From Chloroflexota bacterium (GTDB taxonomy: Bacteria > Chloroflexota > Limnocylindria > Limnocylindrales > CSP1-4): a stretch of 64,000 nt of DNA. Location of the stretch: the NCBI GenBank assembly GCA_027364875.1, contig DAHXON010000009.1, forward strand, positions 913-64,912, in the 5' to 3' direction. Below the pieces are notes generated by a model, which worked only from the letters and a program-made list of their open reading frames with translations, did no database searches and was not told where the DNA came from. This document shows positions 35,336 through 44,100 of this stretch, in pieces; position 1 is the stretch's first letter; each line of letters opens with the position of its first letter. The position numbers were made by a program, and so were the translations under genes.

Positions 35336-36588
35336 GCGACAAGGTTATCGGCGACGCCGCGCCCGTCACGGCCGCCAGTGGCAACGGCCACGCCCAGAAG
35401 GACCACAAGATCCGCGTCGCCATCGTGGGCGTCGGCAACTGCGCCAGCAGCCTGGTGCAGGGCCGCTACTACTACGAGAACGCGTCCGAGGACGATTTCA
35501 TCCCCGGGATCATGCACGAGAACCTGGGCGGCTATCACATCCGCGACGTGGAGTTCGTGGCCGCCTTCGACATCGACAAGAACAAGGTCGGCAAGGACAT
35601 CTCCGAGGCGATCTACACCAAGCCGAACAACACGTTCGTCTTCCAGAAGGTCCCGAACCTCGGCGTCAAGGTCGATCGCGGCATGACCCACGACGGCCTG
35701 GGCAAGTACCTCTCCCAGATCATCGAGAAGGCGCCCGGCCCAACGGCCGACGTCGTCGGGATCCTCAAGGACCGCAAGGTCGACGTCCTGATCAACTACC
35801 TCCCGGTCGGCTCGGAAGAGGCGACCAAGTGGTACATCGAGCAGGCGCTCCAGGCCGGCGTCGCGGTCGTCAACTGCATCCCGGTCTTCATCGCCCGTGA
35901 GCCCTACTGGCAGCGCCGGTTCGCCGAGCGCGGTCTCCCGGTCATCGGCGACGACATCAAGAGCCAGGTCGGCGCGACGATCAGCCATCGCGTCCTGACC
36001 CGCCTCTTCATGGACCGCGGCGTCCGACTCGACCGCACCTACCAGCTCAACTTCGGCGGCAACACGGACTTCCTCAACATGCTCGAGCGCGAGCGCCTCG
36101 AGTCCAAGAAGATCTCCAAGACCAACGCCGTCACCTCGATGCTCGACTACGACATCGATCCGGACAACGTCCACGTCGGCCCGAGCGACCACGTGCCGTG
36201 GCTGCTCGACCGCAAGTGGTGCTACATCCGGATGGAAGGCACCACGTTCGGCGACGTGCCGATCAACGCCGAGCTCAAGCTCGAAGTCTGGGACAGCCCC
36301 AACAGCGCCGGCGTCGTCATCGACGCGGTCCGCTGCCTCAAGCTCGGTCTCGACCGCGGCCTGAAGGGCACCCTGGTGGCTCCGGCGGCCTACTTCAAGA
36401 AGAGCCCGCCCATCCAGATGCCCGACGACGAGGCTCGCGAGCGCGTCGAGGCGTTCATCCGCGGCGAGGACAACGAGACCCTGGTGGGCACCGAGACGCT
36501 CACGAAGAAGGCCAAGAAGCAGGCTCCGCTTCGTGGTGGGAAGCCTGTGGCCGCCGCCGAAGCGGCGCGCGCCGGCGAGGCCAAGTGA
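35332..36588 (+). CDS. ino1: myo-inositol-1-phosphate synthase
   Basis: 418 aa; GTGA overlap with the upstream gene; [42 protein letters not shown]. Confidence 0.93.
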   Translation: MSDKVIGDAAPVTAASGNGHAQKDHKIRVAIVGVGNCASSLVQGRYYYENASEDDFIPGIMHENLGGYHIRDVEFVAAFDIDKNKVGKDISEAIYTKPNNTFVFQKVPNLGVKVDRGMTHDGLGKYLSQIIEKAPGPTADVVGILKDRKVDVLINYLPVGSEEATKWYIEQALQAGVAVVNCIPVFIAREPYWQRRFAERGLPVIGDDIKSQVGATISHRVLTRLFMDRGVRLDRTYQLNFGGNTDFLNMLERERLESKKISKTNAVTSMLDYDIDPDNVHVGPSDHVPWLLDRKWCYIRMEGTTFGDVPINAELKLEVWDSPNSAGVVIDAVRCLKLGLDRGLKGTLVAPAAYFKKSPPIQMPDDEARERVEAFIRGEDNETLVGTETLTKKAKKQAPLRGGKPVAAAEAARAGEAK

Positions 36589-36809
36589 GGCGGGAGCCTC
36601 AGACCGAGAGCTCGAAAGTTGCGGAGGGCGCCGGCAACCCCGGCCCCCAACCCGCGGGAGCCCCGGTCGGACGGACATCCGATGGTGAGGGGGTAGCCGG
36701 CGGCAAGCGTTTGCTCGGCCGCCTGTCGAACGGTCGAACCAACGGTGAAGCCGGCAAGTCCGATTCGTCGGAGCCGGCGCCCACCAGGGCGTTCGAAGCG
36801 CCGCACAAG

Positions 36810-37901
36810 ATGGAAAAGGAAACCTTCCTGACCCACCTTGCCGGCCTGACGCTGCTCAGCTTCTGGAGGACTTCCTCCTGGATCGTCGGCCACCTGCCCG
36901 CTGGCCTCACGTACCGCGTCGGCGGCTGGATCGCGATGATCGGCTACGCCGCGAGTCCGCTTCGCCGTAAGTGGCTTAGGGCCAACTTCAGCCACGTACT
37001 GGGCGTCTCGCCCACGGACAAAGCCGCCGGGGCGATGGCCCGCCGGGCATACCGCAACTACGCCCGCTACATCCTGGAGTTGATGCGACTGCCCTGGCTT
37101 TCCCAGGAGCAGGCGGAGGGCTTGCTCGAGGTGGAAGGCCTCGACAAGTTCCTGGAGATCTACAAGGCCTCCAAGGGCACCGTCCTGGTGGCGGCCCATC
37201 TCGGCAACAACGAAGCGGCCGCGGCGGGCTTCGCCAAGCACGGCCTCCAGATCAACGTCGTCGGCGACGACAGCTCCTACCGGGAGCTCTATGAGCTCTT
37301 CGAGCGCCAGCGCGAGAGCTGGGGCGTCAAGATGATCTCGTGGCGCAACCTGCGCGGCGTCTTCGGGGCCCTGCGTCGCCACGAAGGGCTGGTCCTGCTG
37401 GTCGACTGGGGATATCGCGCCGACGACATCCCGGTCAAGATGTTCGACTGCTGGACGACGCTGCCGGCCGGACCGGCCGGCCTTGCGGCCAGGCACGGCT
37501 CGGCGATCGTGCCGTTCTGCATCAACCGCCTCCCCAACGGCACCTTCCACGCCTACGCGGACGACCCGATCCACGTCGCGTCCGACTCGCCGCGGGACAT
37601 TGCGATCGCCACTCAGGCCATCGCGACGGCTCTCGAGGGTCACATCGCCCCGGCTCCGGAGCAGTGGTACATCTTCAAGCCGATCTGGCCCCTCACCGAA
37701 GCCGAGCAGCAGAAGCTGGCCGAGCGTCACGACGCCGCCATGGCGAACGACGCGAAGGGCGCGGCCGCGAACGGTCGAACCAACGGCAAGGACCACGGTC
37801 CGGCTGAGCGTTCGGCAGCGGAGCGTTCGGCGGAAGGCTCCGCCGGCGAAGTGGCCGCGGACGGTGTCACGACCGCGGACGCGGCTCCCGAGGCCGGCTG
37901 A
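36810..37901 (+). CDS. LpxL/HtrB-PatA-type lysophospholipid (PIM) acyltransferase, copy 1
   Basis: 363 aa from the ATG at 36810 (ORF opens earlier; start uncertain); HX4E motif AAHLGNNEAA; FKPIWP tail; acidic/Ala-rich C-extension. Confidence 0.78.
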   Translation: MEKETFLTHLAGLTLLSFWRTSSWIVGHLPAGLTYRVGGWIAMIGYAASPLRRKWLRANFSHVLGVSPTDKAAGAMARRAYRNYARYILELMRLPWLSQEQAEGLLEVEGLDKFLEIYKASKGTVLVAAHLGNNEAAAAGFAKHGLQINVVGDDSSYRELYELFERQRESWGVKMISWRNLRGVFGALRRHEGLVLLVDWGYRADDIPVKMFDCWTTLPAGPAGLAARHGSAIVPFCINRLPNGTFHAYADDPIHVASDSPRDIAIATQAIATALEGHIAPAPEQWYIFKPIWPLTEAEQQKLAERHDAAMANDAKGAAANGRTNGKDHGPAERSAAERSAEGSAGEVAADGVTTADAAPEAG

Positions 37902-37904
37902 GTC

Positions 37905-38936
37905 ATGGCTCGCTCCGCGTCTCCGGCAGTGGCTCACAAGCCGGCCCGGCGCGGCCCGCGGCGGCGGCTCGCAGATGAGTTCACCGCCGCCGCGGCGATC
38001 CTCGGGCTCAAGCTCCTATACCTCCTGCCAGAGCGGGCCGCGTGGCACCTCGCCAACTTCGCGGGCAACCTCTCGTACCGGTTGTCGCGCGGCCGTCGCG
38101 ACCATGCCCGCCGCAACCTCCGCCGAGTGGTGGAGTGGATGGCCGCCAACGGCGCGGGCGACGAGTATCACCGGGCCGCGGCGACGGACCCGCGGCGCCT
38201 CGAAGCGCTGCTGCGTGAAGCCTTCCGCAACCACGCCCAGTACTACGTGGAGCTGGCCCGGGCGCCGCGCTTCACGCCGGATTTCGTGCAGGCTCGCATG
38301 CTCGTGGAGACACCGGCCGAAGTTCGGGAGTGGTTCGGAAAGCGGCGGGCGATGATCCTGGTGGGCCTCCATTTCGGGGCGATCGAGTTTCCGGGCCTCT
38401 TTGCCGTGTCGCACCTGGGCCGGATCGTCGCGCCGATGGAAACGATGGCCAATGCCCGAATCCAGCGATACCTCTTCTCGGTCCGGGCGACGATCGGCGT
38501 ACGGATCATCGGCCTCGACGAGGCGGGACCGGACCTCATTGCCACTCTCCGGCGCGACGAGCCGGTGGGCCTCGTTGCCGACCGCGACCTCACCGGTGGG
38601 GGAATCGAGGTGGATTTGTTCGGTGCGAAGACGAAGATCCCCGCCGGCCCCGTTGTGCTGGCCGTGGAGTCGGGCGCGCCGATGTGCGTCGCGGCCGTGC
38701 GACGCGACGGCCCGGGCCGGTATCTTGGCAAGTTGTACGGGGTGTCCGTGCCCGAGGCGGCGTCTCGCCGGGAGCGAAGCCGGATGATGGTTCGCGAAGA
38801 AGCCAGGCTCTTCGAACGGCTGATCTCCGACGCGCCCGAGCAGTGGCTGGCCCTCTTCCACCCGGTCTGGCCGGACCTGGAGGGAACGTCGCCGGCTGAT
38901 CGGCCGGCCGGCGACTTCGTGGTGCCTCATGCGTGA
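37905..38936 (+). CDS. LpxL/HtrB-PatA-type acyltransferase, copy 2
   Basis: 343 aa, ATG 3 nt after the previous stop; HX4E motif GLHFGAIEFPG; LVADRDL; FHPVWP. Confidence 0.78.
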   Translation: MARSASPAVAHKPARRGPRRRLADEFTAAAAILGLKLLYLLPERAAWHLANFAGNLSYRLSRGRRDHARRNLRRVVEWMAANGAGDEYHRAAATDPRRLEALLREAFRNHAQYYVELARAPRFTPDFVQARMLVETPAEVREWFGKRRAMILVGLHFGAIEFPGLFAVSHLGRIVAPMETMANARIQRYLFSVRATIGVRIIGLDEAGPDLIATLRRDEPVGLVADRDLTGGGIEVDLFGAKTKIPAGPVVLAVESGAPMCVAAVRRDGPGRYLGKLYGVSVPEAASRRERSRMMVREEARLFERLISDAPEQWLALFHPVWPDLEGTSPADRPAGDFVVPHA

Positions 38937-39840
38937 CCGGAGCGAGCGCCTCGGCCAGGCGGACATGCACATCCATTCCCTGGCCTCCGACGGGACCGCG
39001 TCGGCAGAGCAGATCCTCGACTACGTCGAGAACCACACGGACCTCGACGTCTTCGCCATCGCCGACCACGAACGCATCGAGGCGGCGATCGAGTGCCAGC
39101 GCATCGCCCGGGCCCGTGGCAGCCGCGTCGAGGTCGTCGTCGCCGAGGAGGTCACGACCCGCAGCGGACACCTCCTCGGGGTCTTCCTGCAGGCTCGCCT
39201 GCGGCGCAACCAGCGCCTCGAGACCACGGTCGCCGAGATACACGAGCAGGGCGGCCTCGCGATCGTCCCGCATCCTTTCTCGGCCTTCACCAAGGGGATG
39301 CGCAAGAACGCCATAATGCGCATCCACAACTCCAGGGACCCGCTGCTCTACTGGGATGCGCTGGAGGGCTACAACCCTTCGACGGCGGGGCGGTACGGGC
39401 GCAACGCCACCATCCGCCTGGCCGCCGAGCTCGGCCTGCCGCTCGTGGGCAACAGCGATGGCCATACCGTCGACACAATCGGCGACGGCCGGACGCTCTT
39501 TCCGGGCCACACGGCCGAGGACTATCGCCGGGCCGTCCTCGAAGGCACGACGACGGGCACGTGCACCACGTGGGGCTTCCTGCGCGAGGCTCTGATCTAC
39601 GGTCAGCAGGTCCGAAAGCAGGCCCGCGACGTGGCCCGCTGGGGCCGCCGCAACTTCCTCCGCGACGGCACACCTCGCGACCTGGGCGTGCCGCACGAGC
39701 AGCTGGAGATGCAGCGGCGCCGCGAGGCCGAGTACCTTGCCAGCCGCGGGCTGGCCGCGCGCGGTCCGGCGAGTCGCGGCCTTGCCGCGGAGATGGCCCA
39801 GGCGGCGGAGCGCCGAGAGGCGGAGGAGCCTTCAGCGTGA
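38929..39840 (+). CDS. PHP-domain metal-dependent phosphoesterase
   Basis: 303 aa; overlaps the upstream gene by 8 nt; ADMHIHSLASDG, FAIADHERIE, AIVPHPFS, VGNSDGH metal-ligand blocks. Confidence 0.8.
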   Translation: MRDRSERLGQADMHIHSLASDGTASAEQILDYVENHTDLDVFAIADHERIEAAIECQRIARARGSRVEVVVAEEVTTRSGHLLGVFLQARLRRNQRLETTVAEIHEQGGLAIVPHPFSAFTKGMRKNAIMRIHNSRDPLLYWDALEGYNPSTAGRYGRNATIRLAAELGLPLVGNSDGHTVDTIGDGRTLFPGHTAEDYRRAVLEGTTTGTCTTWGFLREALIYGQQVRKQARDVARWGRRNFLRDGTPRDLGVPHEQLEMQRRREAEYLASRGLAARGPASRGLAAEMAQAAERREAEEPSA

Positions 39841-41030
39841 AGATCGGACTCGTGACCCCGTACGTGTACCCGCTTCCCGGCGGAGTGAACGAGCACGTCC
39901 GGTTCCTCTACGAGAACCTTCGACTCCGCGGCCACGACGTCCGGATCATCACCAGCAGCCACGGCCTCCAGCGCTCGTCCGAGGGCGACGTCATTCGGAT
40001 CGGCAAGGGCTTCAGCGTTCCGAGCAACGGGTCCGTCGGGACGATCACGCTCTCGCCGCGCTACGTCTCGCAGGTCCAGAGGGTTCTCGAGCGCGAGCGC
40101 TTCGACCTGCTCCACTTCCACGAGCCCTTCGTCCCGTTTCTCTCGCTCGTGGTCCTGCACCAGTCCACGAGCGTCAACGTCGCCACGTTCCACGCCTATG
40201 CCGGGTTCTCGCCCGCGATGGAGTTCGGAAAGCGGACGCTGGGCAGCTACTCGGCGCGGCTCCACGGTCGCATCGCGGTCAGCGCCGCCGCGCGCCACTT
40301 CGTGGACCGCTTCTTCCCGGGCGATTACAAGGTCATCCCCAACGGCGTGAACCTGGGCCGATACCACCGGGCCGTGCCCATCGCGCGCTGGCAGGACGGC
40401 ACCCCCAATGTCCTTTTCGTCGGCCGCCTCGAGGATCGCAAAGGCCTTCCTTACCTTCTCAAGGCGTACCGGCTGCTCCGCAAGGACGGGACCAGCTGCC
40501 GCCTCCTCGTGGTCGGCTCGGGGCCGCAGGAACGCGAGGCGCGACGGTACGTGATGACCCGCCGGCTGCAGAACGTAGAGTTCCTCGGCCGGGTCAGCGA
40601 CGCGGAGAAGGCCCAGCTATTCAAGACGGCGGACGTGTTCGTCTCGCCGGCCACCGGTCGCGAGTCGTTCGGCATCGTGCTGCTCGAAGCGATGGCGTCG
40701 GGCGCGCCGATCGTCTGCAGCGACATCCACGGTTACAAGGGCGTGGTCCAGCGTGGCCGCCAGGCCGTCCTGGTTCCGCCCCGGGATGCGCGCAGCCTGG
40801 CCGCCGGCATCAAGGAGCTGCTCGCCGACCCGGATCTGAGGAAGCGGATGGGTGCGGCGGGCCTCGAGCGGGCCGAGCAGTTCGGCTGGGAGAACGTGAC
40901 CGGCCGGGTGGAGGCTTACTACGGCTTCGTGATCCGGCGACTTGCGGCGCAGGGCCAGCTGCCGCCCGGCTTCAACGCCGAGATACCGCCCACTCCGTCG
41001 CCCGCCCATCCGATGATGGCCAAACTCTGA
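39837..41030 (+). CDS. pimA: GT4 glycosyltransferase, phosphatidylinositol mannosyltransferase-like
   Basis: 397 aa; GTGA overlap with the PHP gene; VKIGLVTPYVYPLPGGVNEHV, FVGRLEDRKG, RESFGIVLLEAMASGAPIV; operon context with pgsA1/ino1/acyltransferases. Confidence 0.82.
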   Translation: MKIGLVTPYVYPLPGGVNEHVRFLYENLRLRGHDVRIITSSHGLQRSSEGDVIRIGKGFSVPSNGSVGTITLSPRYVSQVQRVLERERFDLLHFHEPFVPFLSLVVLHQSTSVNVATFHAYAGFSPAMEFGKRTLGSYSARLHGRIAVSAAARHFVDRFFPGDYKVIPNGVNLGRYHRAVPIARWQDGTPNVLFVGRLEDRKGLPYLLKAYRLLRKDGTSCRLLVVGSGPQEREARRYVMTRRLQNVEFLGRVSDAEKAQLFKTADVFVSPATGRESFGIVLLEAMASGAPIVCSDIHGYKGVVQRGRQAVLVPPRDARSLAAGIKELLADPDLRKRMGAAGLERAEQFGWENVTGRVEAYYGFVIRRLAAQGQLPPGFNAEIPPTPSPAHPMMAKL

Positions 41031-41047
41031 CGAGCCGGATCGCCGGG

Positions 41048-41063
41048 GGGGTGGTGCCACCCC
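41048..41063. terminator. GC hairpin between convergent genes (weak terminator candidate)
   Basis: GGGGTGG-TG-CCACCCC inverted repeat between the pimA stop and the stop of the giant minus-strand gene; no U-tract. Confidence 0.2.
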
Positions 41064-41121
41064 GTCGAGTCTCTGGCGTCGATCCTCAGAGCGGAGCACC
41101 GGGGGTCGCGAGACCGTTTGA

Positions 41122-44100
41122 CTAGCTTTGCGAGGGAGGCTCGGAATCGGGCGTCGCTTCAGCGTTCGACGGCGGGTCGGAGTGGGGAGCCAGCTCGGCG
41201 TAACCTGCCTCGAGGGCATCCGACGAGTCCGACTGGCCGGCCGAGAGCTGAGCGCGGCGGTAGCCGACGACCAGCCGCCGCTCCCACGCCACCCAGCTGG
41301 CGATCCCGGCGAGAGCGAGCACGAAGACCGTGACGGTCACAGTCGCGGAGGTGACCAGACCAACCCCCTGCGATTCCTGGAGGTTGTCGGAGAACTGGAA
41401 GCCGTACAGCCAGGTGGGAAGCAGCGAGTTGTAGATGCCGGTTATGGCCTGTGGCATCGGCAGCGCAGAGAGATTCGGATACAGTGCCGCGAACGCAAGG
41501 ATCGCGAAGACGATCACGCCGACCACGAAACGTCTGGGGTTCGTGCCGATTGCGGCGACGATCGCGAGCACCACGCCGAAGGCGACGAACACGATCGCCA
41601 GGTAGTCGGACGGCAGGGCCGCCTGGAAGAGAGTGGTTCGGGGGCCGTTCTGTCCGATCACCCACAGGAGCGCGCCGGCGATCGCCACGGGGACCACGAG
41701 CTGGAGTGCCCAATACGGGTCTTCGTAGCCGCGGTCCTGGCGCCGCTCGAGGCGCCACAGGATGACCGCCAGCACGGCGAGCGCGACGACCAGCACCACA
41801 CCGATCAAGAACAGGCGGGTCTCGATGACTACGTTGCCGGTGCCGGTGCCGCAGACCGTGTTCTGGAAGTACTGGGTCGTGTCCACGCGGGCAAGGCCAC
41901 AGAGCTCAGGTTTGAGCAGCCACATCACGCCGGGGAACAGGCAGGCGGCCACGGCGCTGCCACGAGCCAGCAACCAGGTTCGCCGCGACGGACCGTGCCA
42001 GATCTCGGCGAGGAAGTAGGCCAGCGCCGCGAGGAAGAAGGGTAAGGCCGTATAGAAGTGGTACTGGAAGGCGGCCCGATCGATACGCGACCAGGAGATC
42101 CATTGCCACAGGAAGGCGATCACGATCAGGGCGAGGCCCAGATTCCGCCTCTTGTACGCCTGCCAGCAGATGAAGCCCATCGCCCCGATCGCCACCCACC
42201 ACAGGACCGGGTTCCCGCCGTCGTAGATCATCGAGGTGTTGTCGCCCGCGTAGCCGATGCTCTCGAACCAGACCGGCTTGAGGTCCATCGGCCAGGCCCA
42301 CCACGGCGACGAGGCGGCGTGCGCGGCGCGCAGGTTGTTGTGATAGTTGTACATCTGGATGGTCAGGTCCCAGAGGGTCTGACCCGTGTGGCCTGCCGGC
42401 CATGCGTCGGTGCAGATGGTCGCCAGGGAGTTGGTGGGGTCGGGGGCGGTGTGCCAGCAGGCGATGGCCGGTAGGGGGCCGGTCGCCGCGGTCTGCGTCT
42501 GCCACGGCATGGCCCAGGGTATGTAGAACAGCACGTAGACGACGATCGGCAGGAGCATCACACAGAAGGTCATCCAGAGGGCGGGCAGGCCGTAGCCGCT
42601 GCCCAGCCGCAACCAGCCTTCCGGAGCGGGAGAGGGTGGGGCGGCGAAGCGGGCGTAGTCTTTCTCGCCCGGGGCCTTCGCGAGCGGCCCGAAGCCGAGC
42701 AGGCCTACCCCCTGGAAAACGACCCTCGCGACGATTCCGAGCGCGACGAGGCCCAGCCCGCCGAGCAGCATCTTGTGACCCTGGGCGGAGATGAACCCGC
42801 TCAGTAGGCCGCTCAGGAAGCCGTGCTCGAACGCGAAGCCCAGTACGGCGACGATGACACCTGCCGCGCCAACCCCCACGGTTGCGAACCAGAGCTCCTC
42901 GCGCGTCCAGGCCACGGGCCGGTAGGCGTTGCCCGCGGCCGCCAGGGCCGTGATGCCGAGCATGATCAGGAAGAAGGTGTAGTTGGGCGCACCGTTGTCG
43001 ATGGAGGCCGGCGTGAACGTCAGGGCCGCTCCGACCAGGAGCGCCGCGATCACGGCGGTCACGATGCCGGTGAACACCTTATCCGGGGTAGTCCGCTGGG
43101 ACGTCGTCCAGTACGCGCCGACGACCGCCACCACGAGGGCCAGGAAGATGAGCGCGATGACCATCGGCGGACTGCCGGTGTTCGGCGCGGTGGTCATCTC
43201 CGCGATGGCCTGCCAGCCCAGGACGCCCGTGCCCGCGGCGAGTCCCAGAATCGTGACCAGGCGGCCGAGCGCCGAGCGGATCAGGATGAGGATGCCGATG
43301 CTGGCCATGGCATAGAAGGCGACCCATTTGCTGGCCAGGGCCAGGCCCAGGATCACTCCGAGCAGCGGCATTCCTAACCAGAAAGCCGCCCGCCTCTTCC
43401 ATACCAGCCACATCAGGGCGAACAGCAGGTACGCGAGTAACAGGAAACCGCCGACGTAGGTGTCGTTCATGGCGATGCGGGATTGGGCAAAGAACATCCC
43501 GTCGATCAGGCTGAAGAGGGCCACCAGCAGGCCCACGGTCCGGCGCCGGAACAGGATCCGGACGAGGAGGTAGAGGCAGGCTGCCATCAGTGCCCCGAAC
43601 AGGACGCCCACGATCCGCCAGGAGAAGGCGAACTGGCCTACGTCCACGGAGGCCATCGAGCCTGTGGACGAGAAGGCGAGGACCTGTTCGCGATCCGTGT
43701 CCGGCAGCCGCAGCGTCGAGTCGAGGCCGATCGCGGCGGGCTCGAACGGCAGCTTCGCGTCGGAGAAGAAAGCATTGCCGTTGCCTTCGATCGCGTAAAC
43801 GGTCCAGCCTGAGCCGTCCTGGGTCTTGCCGAGGGCCTGGGCGACGTGCGTCGCTCTGTCCCACATCACTTTGGTGATGGCCCCGGGCATAGCGCGGAGC
43901 GGCTGGCTGCCGTCCGCGGCGACCGTGCCGGTGCCCCCGGTGGTACTCGGCCTGAAGAGGAGGATCGAGTTGCCGGCGGCCGCGTACGAGTCGGAGCCGT
44001 TGGAGTTGACCGAATCCGGGTTGATGGCGATGGACGTGACCGGTTGGGACGTCGAGATCGCCGGGATCGGGTTCCCGTCCTTGTCTTTTGTCGTCAGGAC

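Noticed and set aside
36198-36809. Upstream 204 codons of the first acyltransferase ORF
   Set aside because: This stretch mostly overlaps ino1 in another frame and is Arg/Gly-rich. The acyltransferase homology starts near the ATG at 36810, although a start somewhere in 36600-36810 cannot be excluded.
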